Assembly (NCBI GenBank): GCA_040954595.2
Contig: CM082576.2
Location: 2,144,760 to 2,208,759, forward strand
Source: Balanoglossus misakiensis
Taxonomy: Eukaryota; Animalia; Hemichordata
Direction: 5' to 3'
Length of the DNA: 64,000 nucleotides
Shown here: positions 41,429-54,000 of the stretch, piece after piece
Layout of the letters: every line of letters begins with the position of its first letter
Position numbering within the stretch: the first letter of the stretch is position 1
Position numbers and translations under genes: made by a program
Notes under the pieces: model-generated
What the model saw: only the letters and a program-made list of their open reading frames with translations
Told to the model about the DNA's origin: nothing
The model's database searches: none

Positions 41429-44400
41429 TCACATTTATTTTCTTCTTCCAAATAACTCAGCATGTTTCCTTGAGACAGCCGCGGATGCTCATTTGTTCGT
41501 TCGAGACCTAAATGCTTGGCCATGAAAGTAAATGAATTAAGAGCGTGTTGCGAATATCAATGTAAATGAAACAGATGACCAACCTTAGTCATCGCGAATG
41601 GCACACGTGAAATGAAAATGGAGATATATCATCTTGGTCCATCCTTTCCTTTCTCTTTGAAGGGAGATGTGACAGAAAGTTTGACTCGTTTTTGTCGCTG
41701 TTAGCTAAACTTCCGTCTCTGACATATGTTCCATCTAACATTCTGGTGTATTCTACGGCACATTCATTCAATTCTTTGCGTTGTTGTTTTATTCAGGAAG
41801 AAAATAGCGGTAGATAAGAAACGACCATTTTTGTTCGAAACAAAGCACCAAATGTCATGAATGTATATAGATGAACGAAATGTGAGACCTTAATCATGTA
41901 CAAAATTGTTGATGGTCTTGGTGACAGCTGCAGGGAGACGCGATATAGAGCGTGAAACAAAATAGAGTTCCCATTAAAATTTGTTTCTCCGCAACCTGAC
42001 AGGTACATCAAGTTCCGCGACGAACGCCACATCGATTGTCCAACCCCCCCCCCCTCCCGCTTCGTTATTTAACGACTTTACAAACCCAATTTGCACCGCA
42101 TAGGTCTCGCATCATCAACCGAGTAATCAAATGCTCACTAATTATCTGTCAAAGCATTCTCGTAATGACAATCCTTAATTGTCGCGAAACACTCAACAGG
42201 GCCTCGGAGACATCTACGAGTATCGACTTCAAAAATCCGCGCTGATCAAGTTGAAGTCGTATAGTCCCGTTAACGGATAGCTTCTTCCAAGGGAAATGGG
42301 TTTGCTTGGAGAGAAAATTGATTTCGAATGGCCTTGCGGATGAACGGGGATTGACGGTGGATGAAATCAACATTATCATCCCTGTCGTCATCATCGTTAT
42401 TATTGACCCTAGGAAATATATGAGGTGGACATTAGTATTGTTGTCATCGACGCTCTGATTATTCTGACCAAAAAATAGAAAGAGAATATTCTAGGTACAT
42501 CCTCGACTTTTTCTTTTCCGTTCGATTGATCCCTCTCTGGCCATTCGGGAATATAAAACCAATTATTTTTTTATACATTGCCAGTTTAGTCATCCATTTC
42601 CATGGTAACAACTTTTTACCGGAAAAATAACAGTTCCCGTCAATTTGTAATATCGATTAAATGGACATTAAGGAACCAATAATACGATTTGATGGTCATA
42701 AATCCGATGGCAGTCGTGCAGATTAAAACAGCAATGACAAAGTCAATCTTGTGACTGAACTCAGAGACAGCAATTATAATACCAGTAACAGGGTGATGAT
42801 TTCTGGTCTCCGTGGTGCAACGACTCTGCCTCAGAGCCAATAACGACCGTGTGGCTCATATAAAGCATAACAATTCTTTCAAAAGCCAGGCATGCAGTCG
42901 CATATATCTCATTAGATATTACAAGGATCGTCGGTCTCAGAATAAAACCGTCCAAGGAATGTCCCGTGGATTTGTTCAAGTCTGACAGGCAGCTTGGAGA
43001 ATATAGGATAAACTGTCTAATTTGTAATCTCAAATTCACTTCTCCTTGTCGAAGGTCGTCACTTTTGTGTCACTTGGACATGTTTCTTGAGATTTACAAC
43101 AACAATGATTATTGTTGTAGTCAAATGATTTGAAAGTTGTTGGTTGTTGGTAGCGAACTTAGTAACATATCATCCTTCTAGTGCTCCTAATCAATGTACA
43201 AATCGCAAAAAGTACCATGGGTTTTTTTGTATTCCCTTTAAGTAACGGAATTCCAACTTACTTTTCCGTTGTAGATAGGTGTTCTATTTTTGTCCGCAAT
43301 CTAGTTAAAGGTGCTTACAAACTAACGCCGTCACCGAAACGTGTTTGATGAGAGCTCAGTGTAGTAAATTTGGAATACATTGACAAATTAATCGAACTAA
43401 GGTATGGTATATTGGATCAAGAATATCCCACATAGCTAATTAGAGATTCCGTCTAAATTATATACATATGTATTAAAAACGAATAGTTATTAGACGGGCC
43501 CGCGTCGCTGCTGTTCGTATGGTTGGCGTCAATATAACACCCGCTAATCATGAGTTGTGGCGAGGAATTTCGCTTGCGCTGCCGCTCGCTCGGCCCTCGT
43601 TTACTCAGCCAGATTCTCGCTTCCGCAGACCTTGCGAAAGTCACGACTTCGAGGAAATGACAACAATGTCGGTGGGTCTTGGGTTCTCTTCCCTGGTGTG
43701 CGGGTAATTTGCCGTGCCAGCTTCTATTTACATTTTGAAGCGGACAGTCGAAGTTTACGGAGAAAAGACCTTCACTATATATTTGACGTGTCCATAAAAT
43801 GTTATTTGAAAAGTAAAGAGCCATAAAATTCACCGAATTCTGTATTTTGGAAGTTGTTCATTGTATTTAGCCTGAAGACGATATATCACCCCTTATCCAA
43901 TTTTGATCCAAAGGCTTCATGTCGCTGAGCAGTATCACTCGAATTGACCACAGCCTACTAAGCAAGTCATCTGGGCGTCGAGGCCACTCTTAGCGTTTAT
44001 GTGAAATTTGGTAAATGTTCCTATCGTCAGTACCGCGAAACGGTTCAGTCCGCTTTCATGAACATTCAGTGTTCCATTTATTCTCCATGGCATAATTGAA
44101 TATTCGCTTGTGTGATCTTGCTAATTCCCTTCACCTCTTATCAACTGTTATGAGATTATTGTACATTATTTGGCCATGTTACTGTTACTATGTGGATTAT
44201 TTCAGTCTTAAGTGTTCCCTTTGGGAATATTGCAACTATAAAGAGGACTTCGTTGAAGTCAGGCCTCCCCTGAGAAGAATTCCAGGTGTCCACTTTTTAT
44301 AATCATTGTATACTTTTCTGAGAACGAAGTTCTATTTTTTTTATCTCGCGTATTTTCGAATCGATCCAAGGTACGCCGCAACACCACAGCCTGCCTACAC

Positions 44401-44689
44401 TCTGGAGATACACAAGATGTTTCTGTCACACCCGGACGCGTATTGTCGTTGTTTCCAAAACATGTTTAACCGTGCTCAATGCTGCCTTGTTTATGGTGAA
44501 AGAAAACGTGATGCGCAAAATCGATATTGCATTAATTCTTAAAAGTGACTTTTTTTCCATGACGAAAGTACGGAATTATAATATTCTGACACAGATCGAT
44601 AGCTCGAGGGGTTTTGTGCTTATTTGTTTATGGAGACGCTTTTCCCCGTGGATGATGCAGGGATAGGGGCGCCACTTCTCATGAGGCGT

Positions 44690-44801
44690 GCCCTGATTGG
44701 TTGAGGAGCTAATATCAATTGAGAAGTGCGGCCATTAAAAGGGGAAGAGAAACGCGGCCCGATCCATTCGGCGAAACTACAAGCAAGGCGACAGACGCGA
44801 G
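44690..44801 (+). promoter_or_regulatory. Core promoter and non-coding first exon of the secreted peptide-precursor gene
   Basis: Inverted CCAAT (CTGATTGG, ~44693-44700), TATA-like CATTAAAA (~44733-44740), Inr-like TCCATTC ~30 nt downstream (~44763), consensus donor GAG|gtaagt at 44801/44802, and a matching acceptor atcctttttgcag| at 45263. Confidence 0.65.
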
Positions 44802-45300
44802 GTAAGTTACGCGTTACCTTGTACTTACTATGTTCTCTACTTCATTATCTTGTCATTCAGTGATTTTTCTTTTAACTTTATACATGCCCGAGAGTATTAA
44901 TTTCCCGTTTCCTTCTGAAGCCTGTACCCAATTGCAATCTTCCTACGCGTGTGCTGATCGCGTTTGGCTTTTAATTAAAAAGTCCCATTCAGCTTAAAGG
45001 TGCGCATTCAAAGCTTTCAGGCCCTCTTTCGACTCTGCAATCGTGCTCTGTGGTACTGTTTACACGAATAAGTTGCCTAGGGGAGTTTTCATCAACACCA
45101 TCAAATGTGTGCTCCCCTAACAAAGGAAACGCCGTATCGACTGGTGTAGGTTTGTAACGCCTTGTCCGTGCAAAACGCTTGAGGGTGAAATGGCGACCCT
45201 AAATTCCGTGTGGGTGTTTCTGCTTCTGACCACATGTAAAATAATTATGTATCCTTTTTGCAGAATCTCGAAAAGAAGAATCTTCACACAACTCGACACT

Positions 45301-45571
45301 ATGAATCAAGTAACTCTTATTGCTGTCTGTGCCGTCTTCGCAATCCTACTGTGTGCACAGACTTCGAACGCCAACCCGTTAACAAAGAGAGTGCTGTCGA
45401 GTAGCCGGTGTTTCGGCGACTCGCTACTGAGCCGCGACTGCTACGGATCAAAACGGAAGAGGACGTCCGCAGACGGTGTTTCTGAACTCGGGCTGATCAT
45501 CCAGGAATGCCGAATGGCGGAGTTCAAAGCCCCGGTCTGTCAACTTGCTCACTACATACAAGGCATGGAGG
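45301..45571 (+). CDS. Small secreted neuropeptide/peptide-hormone-like precursor, family unassigned (main coding exon; last exon unresolved)
   Basis: MNQVTLIAVCAVFAILLCAQTSNA (signal-peptide-like, predicted cut SNA|NP) - NPLT - KR - VLSSSRCFGDSLLSRDCYGS - KRKR - TSADGVSELGLIIQECRMAEFKAPVCQLAHYIQGME. Exon 45264-45571 bounded by cag| and G|gtgagt. Candidate terminal exons: 51114-51187 (strong polypyrimidine tract, AATAAA at 51368) or 47074-47135. Unspliced read-through stops at 45600. Confidence 0.8.
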
Positions 45572-48500
45572 GTGAGTCGAATGCAAAGTATCTTTATTGA
45601 CGGGAATAATTATTGGCGTACTCATCTATTCTCAATCGGTGTTATATCCCGCTTAACTGAAAAAAGTTAGTATTGGCCATTTTTACAAATGGCAGAAGGT
45701 TTACTACAGTTGGGATGATATTGGAAAAAAAGTTTCAGAGCTTTCTCCAGAAAGTTTAAAACAGGTGGTTTCTGCGTGCGTGGGTGTCGTTTCTATTTTC
45801 GTCTGAACATGTCGATGAATATCAAGTTCAAAAGGAGACTAATTGGTTGTCACCGACCCAGTTAGCAGTAAAAGGTGCGCTCTATAGCGACCGAGAACAA
45901 TCGTGACGGAGATTGTATTTTTGTTTAATTTATTCCCGTCGTTTATCCATAAATTGTATCCCGCGCTGTCAGTTTTCTTTTACGAAAATAAACTGACCAT
46001 AAAAATAATAATAGAGCCGATTAATATTGGGCAAATAAGATGTTCTGTCATTGTAATATAGTGAAACCATTCAATTCGTGGAGCTTGTTAACAAAGGTCT
46101 TGGATCGAAGAGATTCATGTCACTCTACACATATTAAATTAAATTAAATTGACATTTATGTCATCTAGGATATGTATTCCAGTTGACAATCGGTTATTTG
46201 TCACAAAATAATAGAAAATTTATGTATGGGGTAACGAGAGATCGATATTTCACCGGCAGTCAATAAGACGGATGTTGTCGGATGTGTAACGATCTATACA
46301 TCAACGCGATTATTATTTTACTCTTCTTTCTTTGGCAAGTGTGGTAATTTGTGAAATCCGTGCGCAATGCATAGGCCCATATTCGTGAGCGACTTCAATT
46401 AGTGTCCTGACAAATCGGAGCGCAATATTGAACCGGGTTGGGGTCAGATCTCATATTAGGGCATCAGACACTCACCTGGCGTGCCTACAGGTCTCACCGT
46501 TGCAATAACCCAGGTTCGTATCTGAACCTGCGTGGCAAGGGTGTGTGGACGGAGGAACGAGCCAGACACCCCCGGGCAGACACCCATAGCGATTTACACC
46601 AGCCACGAATATCAGTTATAGGCCTACGACAGAGAGATGATTTACGATTCGACTGTTTTACACCGTTTCTAAAACGCGGGTGTTATAGCAGTAACGGACC
46701 CCACCCCCGCGTTAAAGTTATCTTTTACGAGTGGAGCGTGAGACTTCAGTTGGGTCAAAACCATGCCGACTGACATCCTTTACTAGTAAATTTATTTACA
46801 ATTTTTCCGCTCACCTGAATTTTGCACGCCGTAAAAATCGCACGCGTTCCTTCCGCAATATAAAACTATAACCGTGGAAGTTAATACACCCCAAACAACA
46901 GGAACTATTTGGTGCGGTCGCAAAATGTATACCAGCGGTAAATTTCCATTAAATGTTCATCACCCATCGAGAAACTTTCTCGTTTTACGGTTTTGGCAGA
47001 GCGGTCAGCTTATCGTCACGCCAACGCACATATTAAACTGTTTTTTTTGTTAAATTACCTCTATCCTCCTAAGAACGATTCGGCACTGTTGCCAACGGAG
47101 AAGCTATAACCACATACAGACAAGAATGTTTATAGATTCCATTGTAGATTGACAAGTTTAGTGGTTTGACATCATCACATAAAAAATTGAACCCCTTTTT
47201 GCTGACAATTTTTATCGATACATTATTATTGATTTAATGCCAAGAAAAACGAGTCGGTTTCTTATCAAATTGCTGTTTGTACGTCAGAGAATATGAAGCC
47301 AACTTTTAGCATCAAATTCCTACATGTTGTACGTCAATCAAGAGGGAAAAAACATGGTATCAGTTTGCAATTCTTGTAATCAAGTTCTACAAAAATGGTG
47401 CCATGCGTTCGTCATAGGTCACCTCTCTCAGCCAATCAGTTTGATGTATCATTTACAATATATCCTTTGCTTATATGGAGCGAACACATTCAGCCACTCC
47501 AAGCAGTTATGCGTCTCCTAGGAGAGTACAATAACACGGCATAGCTTGACAATTCGTTAGAAACTAAAATCGTGAAATTAATATGAAATGCCGCTGTCCC
47601 TGGGGGTTTAATATTTACTGTCATTCCAGTTATAGATATTAGCCTCACCACCGCTTGTGTGCATCACATATGTTGTCATGAAATAACACACAGACTAAAA
47701 CTATAAATGATTTAGATTTGTCTCAAGGTATCAATAATATAAAAAAGTCATTGCACCGCGTCAACAAAAAAACAAGATTGCACCGTTTGCATGGAAACCG
47801 AAATGAACAGCAGTGAACGAAGAGACCGAATATCAAATAAACCATATAAGTTTTAATCGCGTGGAATTTTCATAATCGATTGATATCTTTACATTTCCGC
47901 TCCAACCCGGGGGGCTCTAAATTTCATAATCACGTCACACAATGATGGAGGATTCTCTAAATGTTTGTCGCTGGCAGTGCAATGTTCAACTGGCAAGATC
48001 TGCAAATGTCAATATAATACCTGTATTTCCCCCCATATCTAAACAGCCCCGCAGGTGGATTGGCTTTGTGTTGCCGATCTCACAAGATGCTATACCTTCG
48101 TAATTGAGAGATTAGACGACGGAAATTGAGAAATGTGCTGTAATACCATAACATCATGTTGCATACTCACGGGCAGTTCATAGAAAAGGCGGTCAGGCGT
48201 GCTGGTTGTGTCAGGAGCGATGGGTGACCACGATTGATTATCACCAAATCACAGAATATCCATCCTCCTGGTAGCGAGGTTGCGATGAGTTCATACATGC
48301 CAGATTTGACAAAAAAGAGAAAACACGACGGTGCGTTAACTTTCCCGCTAACAGCCTGGTTTAATACAACTGCTGTTCTGTCTCGTGTCGTTCTTCCTTG
48401 TCAGAAAACTTAATATAGGGCACAAAGGTTTGACAGGTATTGCTCATGTGGTACTCTGTCACATTCAAAAGTTTTCTATGGCAATGTTCTCTCAGAAAAT

Positions 48501-51026
48501 ATTCAGAAGATCCTAGCCAGTATTAAAGGGTTTACACCGAAATGTTGAAAATGACCGAAAGAGATTATTATTCGAGAAGAAGTTTATTAGATTTAGATAA
48601 AAAAAAGGACAGAAAGTATGAGTTATAAGAACGCCAGTTGCCTCTTCTATGATTGTAAGGCGGGCTAAGTCCGAGATTTATCGTTGTCTGTAAGAATCTG
48701 TCACTTTAGAGAAGCATGAAATTGCATATGTTCAGAATGAAACCACCAATCCTATGATTTCAGGTGGCTGGTTGCAAAAAATATTACGCTGACCGCTGAT
48801 GTCAGTACATGTATACGTTTTGAAATCTCATTACTGGGGTATTAACTTTCATCATGCACTTTAAGTCTTTATAATATCCAGATCATAGTCAGTATTTTCC
48901 TCGATATTTCATTTCATATCGGCTACGTTTGAGTAGCTAATTTTTCCTCACAATAATGCGAATTAAGTCACGGAAAGTGATTTAATCGAAAGTTAGTATT
49001 TTTTCTAATTCCTTGATAGGTTATTCGGATCAGTAAATTCCTTACTGGTCGAGACCGCCAAGGATGATGACTGATCATTCCCCGGTGAAAGCAAGTATAC
49101 GGTGTAATTCTCATGTTTGGCGTTCCCCTGGCAACCGCATACTTCTGATCTTTTTTTTAGAAACACGTCCAGTATTTGTCAGTGTCGGAACATTGGAAAT
49201 CGGTTAGCCAAGCGGGGTTATTAGTCGAGTGCAACATCGTGAGTCTGTCGTAGACGTTCATTATCTCATCCATCGTAAATATTTAATGCCAATGTATCGG
49301 TGAGGCTCGATAAACTTAAAGCAGTCATTCTTCCGTGAATTCTGCGGCTTCAATCTGCAACTGCAGTTGTGTCAATATTGGAAGATGGGCGATACAAAAC
49401 AGCATTATTGGCCCTGCAGATAGCCTCGTTTCTTGTGACCGAACGAAAAGGGAAATGTGTCCGTTACTTTTCCCAATAATGCGTGTTATCTGAACTCGCA
49501 ATTATGAGCTAGCGGAGACCTAAAACACTTGAATAGTTCTGTGTGGTTTGCAAACAACTCCGCGCCCGAAAGAAATGAGAAACGGTTTTCCCCGAGCGTA
49601 GAAGTTTCGAGAAACACGACTATCCTCTTTCATGTGCTGCGTCGTCAGTCTTCTTGTATTACCCATACTGTTTGTCTTTAGAAAACAATTTTGACACCCT
49701 CGCCCGAACAGGAAATAACCACTTGAATACTCGCATTTGGTGACCTACTCGATGACGACATTGATGCCAACAAATTCACCGAATTATGTTGTTGAATTGT
49801 TTTGCGATGTATCTCAATACGGCTGCCAGTTAGCCTTGTTGATGTTGAGCAGTTACTTGGACGTGACTGAAAGTATTTCTTATGAAGTTAGGTTTAGTGC
49901 CCGGATCTCATCCATTATGGCTGCCACTGAACTCTGGCACATTTTGCACTACCGTTTATTACAGGAATCTAGCGTATAAAAGTATGTCGTTCCAGATTTT
50001 AAAAGTGCTGACTGGAACCATCATTTTATTGGAAGTGTCTTCCTTAATGGTTAATCGGGAGCAGCGCAGCTGTATGACGCACTGACTTTAATCCACCTAT
50101 GATATTATGAGCACTGTGTCATAAATGATGACTTGTTTTCTGCGAGTGGTATGACTGAACTTTTTCTTCTCAATTTGCCTTGCAGAGAGACTGGCTTACG
50201 CTTTTTCACTTCTTGACGAAAAGGACGGCATCGTTGGAGACAACTAAATTCGTGTAAAAAGTGTGTTTCTATAAGTAAGTTTAGGTTCATATACCGTTAT
50301 ACTGTATTTGGTGTAAACATTCTGTGTATATGCGTGTATCTCAGCTCGGGTTGAGAATGATAAGAAAGGGTGAAGATAACAAATGAGGCCGATAGAAATG
50401 TTGTCACGTCGACATCGCGATAGCACAAGTGGTTGAAATGACGGAATTCAATTCAGAGACCAATTTCAAAATCAATATCGATAGCCTAGTCTGGAGAGCG
50501 CATTTTATTGCCACCAACGTTTAAGATATGCAGGGTGTACATTAGAGTTCTGGCAAATCACGAATGCCGCGAGAGTTTTACAAGACTTCGCATACATTCT
50601 GCCATTGAAGGTGGTTTGTCCGTCCTTAGCATGCAGAACTGGCTTCGGCAAGTCGGCGATAAAGTCAGCGGGATAAATTGAATGCCGAAGACGAGGATGG
50701 CAGAGGAAGGTTCACACCTGCTGTGTTTATGCCCATATTATCGTTGTCGTCCCATTTCCTTCTGAGTCATGATTGACTTTTACGAGCCTCTAGATTGATA
50801 AACTTTTATTTAAATGTACGGGACTATTAGCGTACATATGGCGCAGTGGCGCGTCTGATCTCGGATTTCCATGGCAACAACGACCGATGCCGCGTGCTTA
50901 CAACACCGACATTACTGTCGATTCTTCCAACGCCGCGCTATTGCAATATAACTCGCGAATTTTAAATTATGCAAACGTATTTTAGATAGAGGTATTTCAT
51001 ATTCATCATTTACTATTTTATTGAGC

Positions 51027-51047
51027 CGAGAGAAAGAGAGAGAGAGA
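51027..51047. repeat. (GA)n microsatellite
   Basis: gagagaaagagagagagaga seen directly. Confidence 0.6.
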
Positions 51048-54000
51048 TGTTTCGTTATTTTCTATGCCATCATACTTCTCTAAAATGTTTTCTTTCATTT
51101 TCTTCTGTTCCAGGTAGTCCCCACAGGTTGAATCATTTCTCCTTGTTACGTTTCAGTTGTCGAATTGTCAATCCCAATCCAAGTTAATCCCCGGATCCCT
51201 CGGATGCAAGACTTTCATAGGCTGTACAGCAAATTATGTTGATTATGTTGAGGTCACCCCGACTCAATGGCTCTTCAAACTGTAGTCTGAAACCTTCAGA
51301 TGATCCTCACCGGATCAAACTGCTGTCCTGTAATATTATTTCACAGTAATTACATTTAGCCCGATGCAATAAAACTTTAATATGTGATTTTCTTGTTTGG
51401 GTAAATTTCCTTAAAGAAGGTAAACAGAGTTTCGTGTATCATTCATTGATATCGGGTTCGGCGGAGCGCTGCCTGAATTGGGGGCATGCGTCACATTTTA
51501 AAGTTAACTGTTCCAATTGAAAAAAAGCGGCAAATGAAAGATGGTATTGGAAACAAGTAAACGTGTGTATGGAATCGATTTTTGAACTCGCCTGACGAAT
51601 TACCATTATTCATTCTCCAAGGTACATGCTTTCATTCACGTACTTTCCAATATTGGATTGATTCCTTTTCTTTAGCAAAGGCACAAGAAAGATTTCCCCT
51701 TTTCAACTGTTTCTGGTGTCGCTAATTTAATATATTGGGTAAATATGTCATAAGGAAACAAAGCAAGCTGGATTCATCCGTGACCGATACACTACACAGT
51801 ATACCCTCTGCTGTTACACAAATATTTAGTAGTTTCCACAACACAGAAATGCTGAATTTCCCCCCGAAGAAATGATACGCAATTCCGCAACTTGAAACTA
51901 TGCGTGAAGGAAGCCACCTATAACATCGTCACATTACTCTCGTTAATTGAATTCTGACGACGGAGCGATTTACGCAATCCATTCGTAAGAAGTGGAATTT
52001 AAAAGAGACAGAGAAAGAAGAAGAAAAATTGTCCAAGGTGCGGGTTTTCAGAAACCTCGTCTTACTGCTACTGATATGAGAACGAATGGGCGTACATGTA
52101 TAAGGAAGCGTTAATCTTTCTGCACGTCTTTCTGCTAATAGCTGCCGTCGACCAGAATGCGAATCTGTCCGATGTCTCACACGTTTTGACGGTCGCCAGG
52201 CCCCAATAAAACTTTACTAGTGGGTTTTAAGACGCCTTAACCATACAAAGAGGTAATTTCCTGGTTTGCAGTCTGTAATGCTTTCCCCGTTTTGCCATTT
52301 TCAACGGGAAGGATCGGTTCGTTAGTCTTGAGAGTCTCTTACGACCTCAGTTCTGGAGAAACCCTTCAGAATGGAGCTGTAAAAGTTATTCACTTCGTTT
52401 ATCGCCAATACATTTAGTTCGTCGGATACGCCATATACGCCGTGGTATGGGCTCTGTCCCCCACTCTCGGACGGAAACACATTTGATGTTTTATGCGTCT
52501 GTTTGCAGAAACGAGACATGTAGGCACAACTACCAGGGGAACTATAATGAAGTGGTAAAGCTATGATAACACTCAGTGAAAATGCGTTCCGTCTGCCAGT
52601 GCGTTTTGTTTCGCTCTTATCCAAATGATTTAAAGACTTAACACCTGTGTCTCCTGGTAACCACGGTAATTTAGGAGTTCTTAAACAGAAAATAAGAGAA
52701 GTGGACATTCTTCTCCCTCTGGGTGTCGTTAACTAGGGCGGATCTCGAACAGCAGTCGGGACTATGACCTAATCTCTACCTTGTTAGAAGAAGACAACAG
52801 ACACCGGAGATACCTCTAGGGCCGATGGAAAGACCAATGCAAGTTACAATCAGTGAATTTCTTTTGGTCACATTAAAACCCCTAACTCCTGAATATCGCA
52901 AATGTCATCCAAGACACGCGTTAACAAATCTTCCAAGTGTCGGCGACTTCATTAGGGGATCAACCCGAGGACAAGCATACACTGGCGTCAATGACAAACC
53001 GTTTGACAATTATATTGTGTATATGACAATGTACAAGTGGAGTGCAATGTCTCCGGCCTGAATGGAGTGCAATACACGAACGATTGCACGACATGAGTAC
53101 ACTATCCGGCTTACAGCACGTAGCCTTATGACAACATCTGTGATCTTATGCTAAACAACTTCTCAATCACATCGACCAACCACAAGCTACAACAAAATGC
53201 ACCTGGTGGATGACGCAATCCGATTGGATAGTTGTCAGCCAGGTCATTTGTCACATGGTCAATGTGGTGCCACTTCCATCATTCGAATCTCAATCTTTGA
53301 CGTACAAACATCATGGCTGAAAGTAGTGACAACAACGACCTGTTTATTAGTACTCTGAGCAATTTCCGACAGCCAAATGAAAGTGGCGGTCATGACTGTG
53401 ACGGTATGGACCGGATTTTCCAAGATTTTCGTAGACTCGTTTAAGATAATGTACATAAACCATCGGTTATGGAAAGTGACTTGGCGAAAATCAAGGGTGC
53501 CCTTCTCCTGGCTTGCAGCGCCCATTGCGCACATCCTCAACAGTAAGTAACAGTTTTCTGTCATTTTTTCTCGAAACATTTAAATTTAAAGTTGTTTCGA
53601 TTGTACGTCAGCAAGGTTCTTCAAGGAAGTTCGTCGAAAAAATGGAACTTTCAGGCGAAACCACGTGCGAGGTAGAAATGAAACCCCAACCAAAGGTCAA
53701 AGGTCGAGCCCAGCGCAGAGATTACAAAAAAGATGGCCGAACTAAGTATGCGCACCTGGTGCAATGCAATATTCATATTGCACTGCGCCTTTGCAGTATA
53801 CGTAATAGCACAGATAATGTCCCAAGAGAACAAAGAGTCTGGGCACGTGTAGTGTTGTAATCGTTGAGAATAACTGAACCCAGATGTTGAACATATATTA
53901 CTAATACACTGTCTGGTGAGCACGTCAGTAGTAGAATGACGTCAGTCCCGAGAAAACTGTGGCGACCAAGGGGTTACGCCGAAAAGCCTGCAAGTAACTT

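Noticed and set aside
45190-45300. ORF-track extension of the peptide precursor from ATG 45190
   Set aside because: The start lies in the intron upstream of the acceptor at 45263; ATG 45301 begins the signal peptide.
45391-45450. Naming the peptide as natriuretic peptide, MCH or somatostatin
   Set aside because: Ring size, missing diagnostic residues (no DRI, no FWK) and position in the precursor do not fit; the resemblances are partial.
50839-50925. A-box-like TGGCGCAGTGG and weak B-box-like GTCGATTC (tRNA or SINE head)
   Set aside because: No cloverleaf can be formed and the B-box is degenerate.
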